This document shows, in pieces, positions 37,291 through 52,166 of a DNA stretch of 64,000 nucleotides; position 1 is the stretch's first letter, and every line of letters starts with the position of its first letter. The translations under genes were made by a program, and so were the position numbers. The DNA comes from Octopus sinensis (Eukaryota), in NCBI RefSeq assembly GCF_006345805.1, contig NC_042997.1:109988001-110052000 (forward strand), in the 5' to 3' direction. The notes beneath the pieces are model-generated. The model saw only the letters and a program-made list of their open reading frames with translations. It ran no database searches and was not told the DNA's origin.

Positions 37291-37886
37291 TTATGTCAGT
37301 ATATTGTTCTAATCTTACCTTTTCTTTACATTTTTCTCTCATATCAAACGTGTACCCACATCGATTACATCACTTATTTCCGTCTTATAAACGACTACAA
37401 TATCTGACTTGTTGTGTTCCATTCTTCTTTCGGTTTGCAGAGGAAAGATCCATAACAACATTACTCAGCATTTCTTTTCCTACAAAATTGCTTTAATCCC
37501 TTCTGTGCACGCGATGCCGTTTTATTGTTCAAATTCCAGTGATTATAGCAGCATCTGTCTAAAAGAATGCTTTTGCACTGATTTTCGTTTCCTCGCCACC
37601 TTTGACAGTTTTGTTTCTTTCTCTTCTTTTCCCTCATCTCTTTCTTCTCATTCTCTTCCTTTTCCTCGTCTTCTTCCCCTTCTTACTCTACTCTTTCGTC
37701 TCCGTTCCCCACAAAATAATTATACTCACTTATCTAATTAGACTACACACAAAGATATTCCTTTGACACAAACGTACGCTAGTTTATCACGCCTAGTTTT
37801 CAAGTACGTTGCTCCACCCACAAGATGAACTAAAAACTATATATAAGTGAAGGAGGGGTGGTTATACATGTATAAACAAGTATATG

Positions 37887-37887
<1 letters not shown>

Positions 37888-37963
<76 letters not shown>

Positions 37964-37971
37964 GATGGATG

Positions 37972-38046
<75 letters not shown>
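37888..38046. repeat. (GATA)n microsatellite
   Basis: Direct reading. Confidence 0.97.
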
Positions 38047-38047
<1 letters not shown>

Positions 38048-38286
38048 TTTACTCACACATATACATACATAAGGATTCATGCACACAGATACATATACAT
38101 ATAGAACGATAGATCAATGGATAGCTAGATAAATAAAGGAATATATGTAATATATATATATATATATATATGTGTGTGTACACATATATATATGTATGTG
38201 CGCGTGTATGTGTTACATATATATTTATATATATATATAATATGTATATATACACACATGCATATATATACACACACATTATACAT

Positions 38287-38358
<72 letters not shown>

Positions 38359-38452
38359 GAAATGAAGAAAATGCTGACAAATAATTGAAGTAATTTAAGT
38401 AATTTAATTAGGTGAAAGTTCTTTTTACCGGTTGCGCATTTGTTATGCTTAT

Positions 38453-38533
<81 letters not shown>

Positions 38534-38855
38534 ATGTATATGTGTGTGTATGTGTGTGTGTATACATCATTTATTTCCCTTTTAAAAATAAAATATATAA
38601 GATGTTCTCATTACTGTTATTAATATAACAGGAAAAAATCACTTAACCAACATACAACAAACACACATTCAATAAACGTGCAAGCAATTTTGACAGTCTA
38701 TTTTCTACCGCTGGTTACCATTACAACTGACAAATATAGAATGACTAAAAGAAAACTAACATCTTGAATTGTCACCAGCTTCAGCCATCCCAGGAGACCC
38801 TCTCCTACAGCTGAGGAGCATGTCAACTGACCAAAGAACACAATACAATTTAAAC

Positions 38856-39036
38856 CAGGTGTCTCCAAAGGGGTCGATATCGATCCCTTTGGAGTCGATG
38901 GAACTATTCAAGGGGTCGATAAATGCACATCTACTTAATTACTATTTTTATTTATTTTTTTCTTGTACATGTTAAGGGGTCGATGAGCGTCACGGATTCC
39001 ATGAAAGAGTCGATGGTCTAAAATTTGAACCATTTC
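38856..39036. mobile_element. Possible hAT-type MITE relic with four (G/A)GTCGAT-type subrepeats
   Basis: Starts CAGGTGTCTCCAAA; repeated GGGGTCGAT; right end degenerate and no clear 8-bp TSD. Confidence 0.4.
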
Positions 39037-39949
39037 AGAGAAAGACATCCTTTCTCTTTTCCATTCTTCCTTTCATTCTTTCTTTTCTTTTCTCTTCTTT
39101 TCTTTCTTTCCCGTCCTTTCTTTCTCCCTGTGAATCTTTTTCCTTTTTTCTTCCACCAAGCCTCAAAATTTCTACCACACACACTTATTCGCCTAAATAT
39201 ATACAAATATATACATACACACAAATACCCACAATGTATATACACACATATATAGATTCAAAATAAGCAATTCAACTCCAGATTTTTCGCAACTAACTTG
39301 CATATATATAAAATCATAAAGTTTCTATAAAAATATAATTCCTGATAAATCTTTGGAACGAGATGAAAGCGCGAAGTAATTATCCAAAATTCCGTTTACC
39401 TCCTGTTCCATAATATATGTATATATGTAATTATAAAATCTGACGGTCTAAGTGTTGGAAAGCTGTAAGCTTCGAGTAATCCGTGGTAGGTATAAAAAAT
39501 AATACTCAGGAACAACAATGGCATAATGGTGCTGATGGTTGTAGGCTTTTCCCATATCTAAGATCAATAAACTGAAAAACACTTTTGCAGCTCACGATTA
39601 GCAACGAGAGTTGCTATGAATGCGAATAAATATCCAAAGTGAAGGAGAGGAGCGGGTAAAATCCGGACTACATATGTTTCCTCGCTTGCAGAACATTTGA
39701 TGTAATAAATACTCAACGAGGGGGACTCAACTAGCTACTCACCAGGCCGAAGATATCTTAGTTACATGAAGGTTATATAGTCGTTGAGGAATCTCAAGTT
39801 TACACGCCGAAGATATAATGTTCATATTGTACACACACACACACACACAGATACATACACATATATGTATGCATATTATACCATTCACACGCATACACAA
39901 AGGTGTATTAACAAAGGTTCATGTAATATGATGTTCAAATACGAAATCT

Positions 39950-40680
39950 TTATATTCATCACCATCATCATCGTCATCATCATCATCATCAACATCGTCA
40001 ACATCCTCATCCTCATCATCGTCCTCATCATAATTATCATCATCATCGTCATCATTATAATCATCGTCATCATAATCATCACCATCATCATCATCCTCAT
40101 CATCCTCGTCATCATCGTCATCGTCATCATCGTCATCATCATCATCATCCTCATCATCATCATCATCGACTCAGAGTAATTGTGATGAACGGGATAAAAC
40201 CGTAATCCGGCTGTTATTGGCCACGTTGAAAGAATTGAATGAATGGCGATGGTGGAGAGGGGTGGGGGTGTAATTGAAGGTTTATATGAAAGGATAACAA
40301 TTCTATGACGAAGTCTACAGCCTCCACCACCACCACCACTACCATACTATCACAACTACTACTATCATCTACCGCCAACACTATCACCACTACTATCTCT
40401 ACTCTACCAATAGTGCCTCTGCCATCAAGACTACTACCACCACCACCACCACCATCACTACCACCGTTATTAATCATCATCTACTAATACCACAACCAGA
40501 ACTACCAAGACCAGAAGGACTACCATCAACCACCAACACCAACACAACCACCAAGACCACAACCACCACAAGAACCACCACCACCACTGTCACCATCACC
40601 ACCGCCACCACTACTGCCACCACTGCAACCACTGCCACCGCCTCCGCCACCACCACCATCCTCACCATCGCTCCCCACTC
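39950..40680. repeat. (CAT)n and (ACC/ACT)n cryptic trinucleotide arrays
   Basis: Direct reading. Confidence 0.92.
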
Positions 40681-41159
40681 CGCCCCGCCAACACCATTCA
40701 GCAGAGACATCGTTTCTAGTTTGCAAGACAAGAAACTAGTGAAGAAGATGTAATTATATCGGGAGGGAGGGAGGGGGAGAGGGGGAGGAAAGACGGAAGA
40801 ATGTTAGGAAGGAAGGAAGGAAGGAAGGAAGGAAGGAAGGAAGGAAAAAAACTTAGAAGAAGGCTGGAGAGAATGAAATTGGTGTTATGAATTGTATCGA
40901 AGACTTTGGATGGAAAAAAAAATCCAGGAAGAAATATTGTCAGAAGCAAGCGAGAAGCGAAATAACATCATCATCATCATCATCATCACAATTATCATCC
41001 TCATCATCGTCGTCTTAATCGTTATTGTCGTTAATTAGCAAGACATACCTCCCCCTTCGCGCACACATTGCAACATACATACGCTACACACACACGCGCG
41101 CGGGCGCGCGCATGCACATCGCTGTCAGTAAATCAGCACATATACATACATATATATGC

Positions 41160-41190
<31 letters not shown>

Positions 41191-41208
41191 ATATATATAT
41201 ATACATGT

Positions 41209-41266
<58 letters not shown>

Positions 41267-41356
41267 ATGTATGTATGTATATGTTATGTATATATATACA
41301 ATGTATACGTATGCACATACATATATATACACACACTAGTATATCGTAATCAGTAT

Positions 41357-41406
<50 letters not shown>

Positions 41407-41520
41407 CACATATATATATATATATATGTATGAGTGTGTATGTATATATATATATATATATAATATATACATACATATAGGGAGAATTCAAAATAAAAAA
41501 CAAAAGACGAAAACAGGTGG

Positions 41521-41555
<35 letters not shown>

Positions 41556-42069
41556 TACATACACACACACACATACAGATACATACATACATGCGTATAG
41601 ACATATATAGAGACATACAGTGTATACACACATATACATATATACAATATACATAATCAGTAAAATATTGTGTGAGTGTGTGTACATATATAGAGACCCA
41701 CGCATACAAGCGTGCTCACACACACACACACATACTTTAGAGAGTAAAAACAATGCAACACTTGTTAAGAGGAACTTCGCGCCGCTTAACCATTTCAAAC
41801 GGTGAACAAAAATGGAAGGTTGTTCTCATTGCTGCTGCTGCTGCTGCTGCTTGCCTCTGTAAAGTATTCCTTTTTGTCACAATCTACATTATCATCATTA
41901 TCATTATCATCATCATCATCATCATCAATGACAACCATCTATTGCTGCTGCTGTTGTTGTTGGTAGTGTTGGTGTTGGTATTAATCTAATTACCAACTTC
42001 CTTTCTGTTGTCGTTGATGTTACTGGACTCCGGCCACTGGGATGGTCAGCGTTGTCATTCATCAGCGCA

Positions 42070-42364
42070 CTTATTGTTGTTGTTGTTGTTGTTGTTGTTG
42101 CTTGGTCTTACTCCTCTTCTTTCCACTGCATGTTGTTATTTTTCTTGCTTATTGTTGTTGTTGTTGTTGTTATTATTATTATCATTATATTATTATTATA
42201 TTATTTTTATTATTTTATTATTATTTTATTATTATCATATCATCATTATTATTATTATTATTATTATATTATTATTATATTATCATTATTATTATTATTA
42301 TCCTTATCATTATCATATTAGCATTATCACTATTATTAGCATTATCATTATTATTATTATTTTA

Positions 42365-42410
<46 letters not shown>

Positions 42411-42412
42411 CA

Positions 42413-42458
<46 letters not shown>

Positions 42459-42459
42459 C

Positions 42460-42494
<35 letters not shown>

Positions 42495-42547
42495 TAGCAT
42501 TATCACTATTATTAGCATTATCATTATTATTATTATTATCATTATTA

Positions 42548-42594
<47 letters not shown>

Positions 42595-42631
42595 ATTATT
42601 ATTATTATTATTATCATCATTATCATCATTA

Positions 42632-42668
<37 letters not shown>

Positions 42669-42727
42669 TAGCATTATCACTATTATTAGCATTATCATTA
42701 TTATTATTATTATCATTATTATCATTA

Positions 42728-42767
<40 letters not shown>

Positions 42768-42907
42768 TTAATATTATTACTATTATTATTATCATCATTA
42801 TCATCATTATTATTATTATTATTATATTATTATTATTATTAATATTATCATTATCATTATTAGCATTATCACTATTATTAGCATTATCATTATTATTATT
42901 ATTATTA

Positions 42908-42941
<34 letters not shown>

Positions 42942-42942
42942 C

Positions 42943-42977
<35 letters not shown>

Positions 42978-43020
42978 TAGCTTATCACTATTATTAGCAT
43001 TATCATTATTATTATTATTA

Positions 43021-43059
<39 letters not shown>

Positions 43060-43125
43060 TATTATTATTATTCTTCTTATTATTATTATTATTATTATCA
43101 TTATTATCATTATTATTATTATTGT
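42070..43125. repeat. About 1-kb (ATT/ATC)n array with higher-order repeats
   Basis: The marker TTAGCATTATCACTATTATTAGC recurs several times within (ATT)n. Confidence 0.95.
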
Positions 43126-44286
43126 TGATGTTGTAGCTGTTGTTCTTTCATTGTAATCGTTGGCACTGCTGCTACGATTGTTTCTTTGCCACAGTAGCCG
43201 ATGTAGTTGCTCCTGCGGCCGCTGCCACTGCTTCTGTCGGTGCTGTTACAGTTGTTGTCGTCGTTGCTTTTGTTGTTGTTAGCCTTGTGAACGCTGTTAC
43301 AGCTCGTGAAGCGGGAATTCCACATGACGAACGAGGAAACCCGAAGTTGCAAAGATAAAAGAAAAAAAAACTAAACAACCACCCCACCACAGCCAGACCC
43401 AAAATTATGATATTACAGAAAAGAGTGAGGGAGAGAGAGAAAGAGAGAGAAAGAGAGAGGGAGAGAGAGAGAAAGAGAGAGAAAGAGAGAGAAAGATAGA
43501 GGGAGAGAGAGAAAGAGATAAAGAGTGAGAGAGAGAGACCAGAACAACATTAGAAATTATATTCGTCTTCTTATTGTTGTTAATGTGTTTTGGTTTTACA
43601 ACAAATTTAATTTTATTTTTGAATCAGAAAAAATAGAATCTAGTTTATTATTACTGCTCTTTAATTACTACACCAATTTTTGATGCTGTTGTCGTTGTGG
43701 CTGTTGCTGTTGTTTTTAAACTAATTAATCTTAAAAGGTGAATAAAAAGGAAAAAAATTCCAAACGACAAACAGGAAGGAAAGGAATCGTAAAATAAAAA
43801 TAAATAAAAAGAAAGAAAACTGAGAGAAGAAAAAAACACTACATGGAGTCTGTAAATGGGTGATGAAGATTAATAGAAGCAGGGTAACGCGTGTATATAT
43901 GTGAGTGCGTGTGTGTGTTTTGTGTTGTGTGTGTGTGTGTATTGTTTGTATTGTGCGTGCGTGGTTTTATACATAATTATATATTTATATATATACATAT
44001 ATACATATATATATACACGCACACACATATATAGATAGTTATATACATCTCTCTCTCTCTCTATATATATATATACATATATATATACACACATCTATAT
44101 ATATACATATATATACATATATGTATACATATATATACATACATGTATACATATATATACATATATGTATACATATATTTTATACATATATATATGTACA
44201 TATTTATATATACACACACACATATATATATACATACACACATAAATATATATACATCTATGTATACATATAACATGCATTGTATT

Positions 44287-44324
<38 letters not shown>

Positions 44325-44366
44325 AGAAAGAAAAGAGAGAGAGACACACACATATTTATATACATA

Positions 44367-44407
<41 letters not shown>

Positions 44408-44440
44408 TGTATTTATAAAAAATATATACACATATATATA

Positions 44441-44676
44441 TGGAGGCGCAATGGCCTAGTGGTTAGGGCAGCGGACTTGCGGTCGGAGGATCGCGGTTTC
44501 GATTCCCAGACCGGGCGTTGTGTGTGTTTATTGAGCGAAAAAAACACCTAAAAGCTCCACGAGGCTCCGGCAGGAGGTGGTGACCCCTGCTGTACTCTTT
44601 CACCACTCTAAAAAGGCGGTGCTCCAGCATGGCCGCAGTCAAATGACTGAAACAAGTACAAAAAAAAAAAAAAAAA
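44441..44676 (+). mobile_element. SINE F3: tRNA(Arg)-like head joined to the F2-type 3' tail and poly(A)
   Basis: GGCGCAATGGCCTAGTGGTTAGGGCAGCGGACTTGCGGTCGGAGGATCGCGGTTTCGATTCCC (A and B boxes), ending AAAGGCGGTGCTCCAGCATGGCCGCAGTCAAATGACTGAAACAAGTAC(A)n. Confidence 0.88.
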
Positions 44677-45440
44677 TATATATATATATGTACGCGTGCA
44701 ATATGTATGTGTAGTGTGTAGAATGGGAGACAGAGAGAAAGTGGGGGAGGGTAGGAAAGGGAATGCATGAGCAACAGGTAGAGATTGAGAAAAGAAATTA
44801 GAATTAGTGGTGTGTAAGGGAGAGAGAAAGAGAAAGAGAGAATGAAAGAGATTCAAAGTGTGTGGGTGGATGTGTGTATGCGTGTATAAATATATATGTA
44901 TATGCGTGTGTTTGTGTGTGTGTGTGTGTGTGTACGTATGTGTGTGTGTGTGAGTGTGTGAGTGTGTGTCTATGAAGGGTCATTTCTTCTAAATGCTTGA
45001 CTTAAGAGGGAAATATGAAATGCGGGTTATCAGCAATCTTATGATGATGATAATGATGATGATGATGATGATTCTCATCATCATCATCATAACCATTTTC
45101 ATTATCATCATTATCATCATCATCCTCATCATCATCGTCATAATTATCGCCAGGGTCACCATTATCCTCACAACTACCACAACCGCCGTCATCATCATCA
45201 TCATCAGCAGCAGCAGCAGCAGCAGTATCATCATCATCATCATCATCACATGCTCCATCGTTATCTTCTTAACGGTCACAGAAATATTTCGCAATGTACC
45301 ACACCCAATGCAGTTTACTGCCTGTGTGATCATAAGGCACGTTCGTACGACACTGGCATATCACTGGTACTTGCTATGTTAATTTTATCTGCAATATAAA
45401 TATGAGTGCGCACCTGGTGTGTGTGTATATGTGCGTGAGC

Positions 45441-45481
<41 letters not shown>

Positions 45482-45679
45482 TATATATATATATATTATA
45501 TATATATATATTTAAAACAGCTACTGAGTGACATATCATGTGAGCGGCGGAAGGTTTGCCATGTATGGATCTCACGATATATGTATGTGTATGTGCGGTG
45601 TGTGTGCGTGTATGTAGGTGTGCGTGTGTGTACATACATATATACATATACACATATATACATCCAATATACACATACT

Positions 45680-46140
45680 GACTTGGTATAGAAGATGGGT
45701 TACAGCAAATATTCTGCTGAATACCACAGATTTGCTTGTCAGTTGTTTGACCTTGACCAGTTCACCATGTTCCTTAGTGGCTGACGATATATGAATTTCT
45801 GATCACAAGCAGAAGTAGTGGGGGCATCATAGCCATATGTTGATAGGGATTCTTTGGGGTTTTGATAATTCACTTTGGAAACATGGGTGTTTCGTTCAAC
45901 ATCCTTAAACAACCCTTATTCATTGATCCTTTGAACTACTCGGCCTGAAGAAAATTCTAATTGTGTCCCACCTGTAAGGTCATGCGGTGTTTATCTTGAT
46001 ATGAGATCACCATGTCGTGCACATATGGTTGTGATGCATGTGCCTAGTGTACCCTTATCAGACGAGTAGTCATGATGGGTATACTGGGCTTCGTACATTT
46101 TACCCCAGGGTCACTTTGATGATACGTACTGCTCTCTCAC
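45680..46140 (-). mobile_element. Unclassified interspersed repeat
   Basis: Complex, non-coding block between microsatellites that I recall as an abundant octopus repeat; no second copy in this window. Confidence 0.3.
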
Positions 46141-47149
46141 TCATACATACATACATACATACATACATACATACATACATACATACATACATACATACGT
46201 ACGTACGTACTTACGTACATACATACATACACATACATACATACATACATACATACATACATAATCTACTTATGCCTGTATTAGAGACATTCATCTACAT
46301 GTTCCCTTAGTGGGATCTTTTTGTTCTATTATAAATACAAACACATGAGTGAGAACGTTTACGTATGCGTAGGCACGTTTGTTAGATTACGAATGCGGGT
46401 AACAAACAGTACCTAATTTTAGCCAGTAAAGTACAAGGGTTAAATCTATAAGAAAACAGATATCATTGATTTTTGTTCCTCTGGAAAAAATTATGTAGAA
46501 GAAGGAAAAAAATGTACATCCGTGGTTTTGTTCATTAAATATTGACTCCGAAGAGAGATTAAAAAGTGAATCTTTGGAAGTCTCTTGATAGTATTTTGTG
46601 CATCCTAACTTGAATTATTGTAGGAGCTGTCAAGCAATGATAGCGATAAGGTTTCAATTAATAAAAAGCAAAGGTTGAGGAGAAACGAGCTTCAGGCGGC
46701 GTCGGGCAAAAGAAATAAATAAAAAAAAAACAGAAATGCAAAGTGGGGAGGGGAGGGTGTGTAATCCTTGGGGTAAAGTTATACATCATCGTGAATGAAG
46801 AACACATACATATATGCATACTCACTTGACACACAAACACACACATACACACACACACACATACATATTTGAAAATGAAACTGAAATGGCATTTATGATA
46901 ATTTTCCGCTTTCATAATTAGATCTTTGTAAGATATCACATGTTATTTTAGGTCTATATGTACATAGATATGGATATGTGTGTATGTATTCATTTATATA
47001 TATATATATATATATAATATATTATATATATTATATATATATGTGTGTGTGTATATATATGCATACAAACATACAGACACGCACGTACACACACATACAC
47101 ATACACGCACACACACACACACACACACAAATATATTTATATACATATA

Positions 47150-47567
47150 CAGGACCCGAAGGCATTACAAACCGAGAGTCACAGGCATTGAAAGACTTGG
47201 GGATCAGTATGTGCAATGACGCATCATTTCCTATGCTCATTAGCAAGATGGCAGCAAAGTGCAGACAATTAGCTGGATGGGTACTGAGGTCCTTCAAGAC
47301 AAGAGACAAAGAAACTACGTTGACCTTGTGGAGAGCCTTTGTTCTCAGCCACCTGGACTACCTTTCCCAGTTATGGTCACCACATTGTGCCAAACAAACA
47401 GCGGAGCTTGAAGCAGTCCAACGCCACTACACTAAAAAGATTGAAAGAGTGCAGTGGATGAGCTACAGAGATAAGCTGAAAAAACTACAGCTTTACTCCC
47501 CGGAGCGATGGCGTGAGAGATATGCAATAATAGACATATGGGATATACTAGAATGGCTAATACCTGA
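47150..47567 (+). mobile_element. CR1-clade LINE, RT C-terminal fragment
   Basis: KDLGI...GWVLRSFKTRDKE...LSHLDYLSQLWSP...LEAVQRHYTKKI...LQLYSPERWRERY. Confidence 0.92.
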
Positions 47568-47584
47568 AGTGAATTCGACTGCTC

Positions 47585-47834
47585 TCACAAACGAGAATAC
47601 TAAAAATGAACCCCACCGCTCTCAAAAATTAAGTAAAAAAAAACACGGAAATAATCCAGCATCCTTGTCCGATACCGGATCGATCCCAAGACCTAATCAG
47701 TTCGTGCCAGTCACAAGGCCAAACATCCCTAAAAGTTACATCCGAATCCATGCAGCGGTTCTTGAGATATCTTGTCCACAGACAAACAAACGCGACTGAA
47801 AACAATACCTCCACCGTCGCTAAGGTGGAAGTAA
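47585..47834 (+). mobile_element. Non-autonomous element with subterminal hairpin (Helentron/HINE-like?), copy 2
   Basis: Homologous to 16925-17080; ends AACAATACCTCCACCGTCGCTAAGGTGGAAGTAA. Confidence 0.5.
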
Positions 47835-47932
47835 TAACAGCAACAACAAAGTAAAATACGTCCCTTTTTGTATTTCACTTTATTTGCTTCCCGTGTCCAG
47901 ACTCGCATGTATATATATATAAGTCCGTATAT

Positions 47933-47965
<33 letters not shown>

Positions 47966-48240
47966 CAATTTAAAAATAGGATAAAATCTTTATAAGAATT
48001 TATCAAGTAATCAGCGTGAATAAGAGAATCCACCATTTTTTTCACTTAAATATATTTAATTATATTATATAGAGGGCATTACTACACATATATGCCACAC
48101 GCTAGGAGGGACTCTTAAAGTCAAAACTACTAAAATAAATAAACTTATCGTACCGAATGCCAGTCTCGAAGCAAGTCATTTAAAAACAGAAATTAGCTGC
48201 AGATCACTGTGATTTTGTAATCAATGCACCACTGCACTGA

Positions 48241-48571
48241 TGTGTCTGGGGAAAGTCATTCTCTTTTAGTTCCTTATAATGTAACACATTCACTGTTGAA
48301 ATTTTCACTCATTTACTTTTTTTTTCTAAAATTTCCGTTGCGTCTTGCAAACTTTTCAATAGTTGTTGACTCTGTCCATTATTCAAGCGACTTGAATAAC
48401 ATACAAGTAGCTTGATTAACGGACAGTCAACAACTACTTGAATAAAAAGCCACTTGAATAACGAACAGAATCAACAACTATTGAAAAGGTTGCAAGACGC
48501 AACGGAAATTTTAGAAAAATAAATAGTAAATGAGTGGAATCACTAGAAGAGAATGACTCTCCCCAGACTCA
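48241..48571. mobile_element. Palindromic MITE-like element, arms of about 120-150 bp
   Basis: TCTGGGGAAAGTCATTCTCTT...GTTGCGTCTTGCAA...TTATTCAAG mirrored at the right end; about 30 bp extra in the left arm. Confidence 0.8.
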
Positions 48572-48598
48572 ACAGAATATGCTATATATATGTATATG

Positions 48599-48654
<56 letters not shown>

Positions 48655-48681
48655 TATATATAATATATGTATGTATAAATG

Positions 48682-48744
<63 letters not shown>

Positions 48745-48757
48745 CATACACCCGCAC

Positions 48758-50014
48758 CTTGCGGTTTTTAACCTTTAAATTCAGATGCACATATCTCGGC
48801 TCAAACAAAACTTTATTAATCGAAATAAACACCATCAGAATCAATACACTTTTGCCTACGCGAAACAAGTTTATTTATGGCAGTAGCGTAAAAATTCTGC
48901 GGTCTGGTGGCGATGAAGTCGCTGAAGGTGTGTTTGGCATCGTCTTGGTTTTTGAAGCATTTCTCACGCAGGAAGTTGTCAAGATGCTTGAAAAAGTGGT
49001 AGTTGGTAGGCGAGAGGTCTGGTGAATATGGCGGATGAGGCAGAGTTTTGTAGCCCAATTCGTTCAACTTCTGCAGGGTCAGTTGTGCGATGTGCTGCCG
49101 AGCGTTGTCGTGGAGAAGAATTGGTCCTTTTCTATTGACCAATGCTGGCTGTTGTCGGAGTTTCTTATGCATTTCATCCATTTGCGGACAGTACTTCGCC
49201 GTAATGGTTTCGCCTGGATCCAAAACGCTGTGATGGATGAGACCACCAAATTGTCCGCATGACCTTCTTTTGTTGCAACTTTGATTTCGGGAAGTGCCGT
49301 GGAACTTCGTCGGTGTCCAACCACTGAACTGAGCGTCGCTAGTTGTCGTAAAGGATCCACTTTTCATCGCAAGTCACAATCCGGTCGAGAAACGGGTAGT
49401 TCTTGTTGCGAAAAAAAGCAGGGAAGACGACACTTCAAAACGGCGTTTTTTTAAATATTTTTTTGGTTGTCGTTCAATTCGTGCGGCACCCATTTCTCAA
49501 GTATTTTTGTTTTTCCAGTCTCTTTGATGTGGTTGGAAATTGTCGTGTACGTTACGTCTAATTCAGAAGCAAGCTCTCGAACAGTTGTGCCTGGATAGGC
49601 TTCAACTAAGGCTCTTAGTTGATTGTATCCAAAATCCGATGGTCGACCACTACGCTGATCATCTTCAAGACTCTCGTCACCGCTACGAAATTTCTTGAAC
49701 CACCATTGTGCTGTACGTTCATTAGTGGTTCCTGGGCCAAACGCATCGTTGATATCGCGAGCTGTTTCAGCAGCTTTTAGGCCTACCTTTAACTAAAATA
49801 AGAAAATTGTGCGAATTTGCTTTTTGCCCATATTGTATTCAATGTTCTGGAAAAATGACCTAATTATTAAAAAGGAAAAAAGAGTTTCATGATTAGATAG
49901 TGCGAATAACGGGATTTAAGATGATATATAAAGTAATTTAAAGAAAATTAATTTGAAAATACATCATTTAAAACCAAAATTAAAAATTCCGCAAGAACTT
50001 TCTTGACAACCTAA
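48758..50014 (-). mobile_element. Near full-length mariner transposon (Hsmar1-like TIR), inactive
   Basis: 5' TIR TTAGGTTGTCAAGAAAGTTCTTGCGG next to TA (50015-50016); transposase with LLHDNARQH and [16 protein letters not shown] (third catalytic D changed to N); 3' TIR truncated. Confidence 0.95.
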
Positions 50015-50025
50015 TATATACTGCG

Positions 50026-50206
50026 TATTCTTTTATTTGCCTGAGACCATGCTGGAGCACCGCCTTTAGTCGAACAAATCGATCCCAGGACTTATTCTTT
50101 GTACTTATTCTATTGGTCACTTTTGCCGCTAGTTTATGGAGACGTAAGCACCAATTTCGATTGTCAAGCGATGATTGGGGGTGAGGTGGAGACAGACACA
50201 CAAATA

Positions 50207-50240
<34 letters not shown>

Positions 50241-50396
50241 GATGGGCTTCTTTAAGTTTCCATTACCAAATCCGCTCACAAGGCTTTGGTCGGTTCTAGG
50301 CAATAGCAGAAGACACTAGCCCAAAGCGCTTTGCAGTGGGACTGAACCTGGAAACATGTGGTTGTAAGCAAGCTATTTGCCACACAGCCACTCCTG
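50026..50396 (-). mobile_element. SINE F2
   Basis: Same architecture as 31749-32206. Confidence 0.88.
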
Positions 50397-50413
50397 TGCC
50401 TATGTATTTATAC

Positions 50414-50496
<83 letters not shown>

Positions 50497-51579
50497 CATA
50501 CATATACACACATATATATATACATCTGCATATATTCACACATACTCACTCACGCTCACACCCACATACATACATTACAACATACATACATACAGACATA
50601 CATACATACCTACATACATAAACATACAAACATACATACCATACATATATATATATATATATATTTATATTATATATATATATATTATATATATATATAT
50701 ATTATATATATATATATATTATATATATATATCTACATAGAGTGATAATAAAAACGAAATGAAGATAAATGTCTGTGTGTCTGTTTCGGATATACAAAAT
50801 ATCACGAAAACGCTAAATAATTGTAGGGTAGATAAATTTCCGTCTGGATATGAACCGGGAACTTTGCGTGTCACTTTATCCTAAGATCTCTTCGATGTAG
50901 TTCTGCTGGGGGGGGGGGATTCTATTTAGCAATAGTGCAGCCGAACCAATATTCAATTCCATGAACGGCATGCGTCTGCATATCGTTTGCGCGATCACAC
51001 ATACACACGCACACACACACACACACGTACACACACGTGCGTGTATATATTAAACAGGACGTGTATTACAATGTGTCTTTGTGTATGTGTATGTGTGTCT
51101 GTGTGCGCTCTGGTGTAGTGTTGTATGTGTATGTGTTTGCATGCTCGTTTCTTGTGCTGTTGCTTGGTTGTGCATTGTGTAGCTGCCTCTTGTTGTCCAT
51201 TATATGATTCGCATGTACCTTTAGCGGTTTAAGACTTTTGTGCATTAGTATTCGGAATACTGTGTGTTTGTGCGTGTGTAAAGCGAATGACTGAAGCAGA
51301 CGATAAGGGAGGAAGAGAGAAAGGAAAGAGAAAGGGAGAGAGAGAGGGGTGAAGAATGGTGTGTGCATCTTATAACAGTCTCGGCTATCAATGTTTGTAC
51401 ATGTCTATGATTTTGTGAGAGATAATGAATTTATGTAAGTAAAATATATGATACTCCCTCTGTCTGTCTGTCTCTCTCTCTCTTACACTGTCTATCTCTT
51501 TCTCTCTCTATCTATAATGTGTGTGTGTGCGTGTATATGTATATATATATATATTATATATATATATATATTAGGTATG

Positions 51580-51705
51580 TAGAAAAATACAACATGGACA
51601 AAGACGTTATTAAACTCTTAGAAGACGACACAATAAACACGGACAGGACACTCGAAACCCTCGTCTTCATTCAAGACCGGATCTCGTAGTAATCAGTTAG
51701 TATTT
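51580..51705 (-). mobile_element. Interspersed repeat (Penelope-like terminus?), copy 3 of 3
   Basis: Homologous to 5952-6085. Confidence 0.55.
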
Positions 51706-51757
51706 CGATGTAATATACATATATATATATACGTAATTATATATATGTATATATTAT

Positions 51758-51798
<41 letters not shown>

Positions 51799-52166
51799 TG
51801 TGTGTGTGTGTGTGTGTGGTGTGCGTGTGTGGTGTGTATAAATATACGAGCTATTATATCAAGGGGATACAAGCAAACTAACAACGGTTCTCAAGCGGTG
51901 TTAGGGGACAATCCGAAACACAAAGACACGCACACACACAAACATAGACACCCATAAACCCACACATACGTGCGCAAACACTCATATGTGTGTGTATATG
52001 TACATAAATATGCATATACATTATGTATTACACACACACACACACATGCACACACATATGTTTGTGTGTATACCATTATAAATGTCTGCCTATATCTGTC
52101 TATCTACCCATCTATGTGTGTGTGTGCGTGCAAACATGCATGTATGTATTTATCTATGCATGCATG

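Noticed and set aside
38420-38535. Recurrent single-base phase breaks (TATTATA, ATAATAT) inside many (AT)n tracts
   Set aside because: Most simply slippage or sequencing/polishing indels, not an encoded pattern
42008-42997. 329-aa Leu/Ile/Tyr-rich ORF
   Set aside because: Translation of (ATT/ATC)n
43119-43402. Protein-like short ORFs on both strands (Thr/Ala-rich, Asn/Gln-rich)
   Set aside because: Cryptic trinucleotide sequence at the edge of the (ATT)n array; no splice or start support
44444-44515. tRNA-like cloverleaf (also the heads of F1 and F2)
   Set aside because: Acceptor stems are broken and each continues into a SINE body and tail; these are SINE heads, not tRNA genes
46978-47799. 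273-aa ORF
   Set aside because: Chance fusion of a microsatellite, a CR1 fragment and a non-coding repeat; not a host gene
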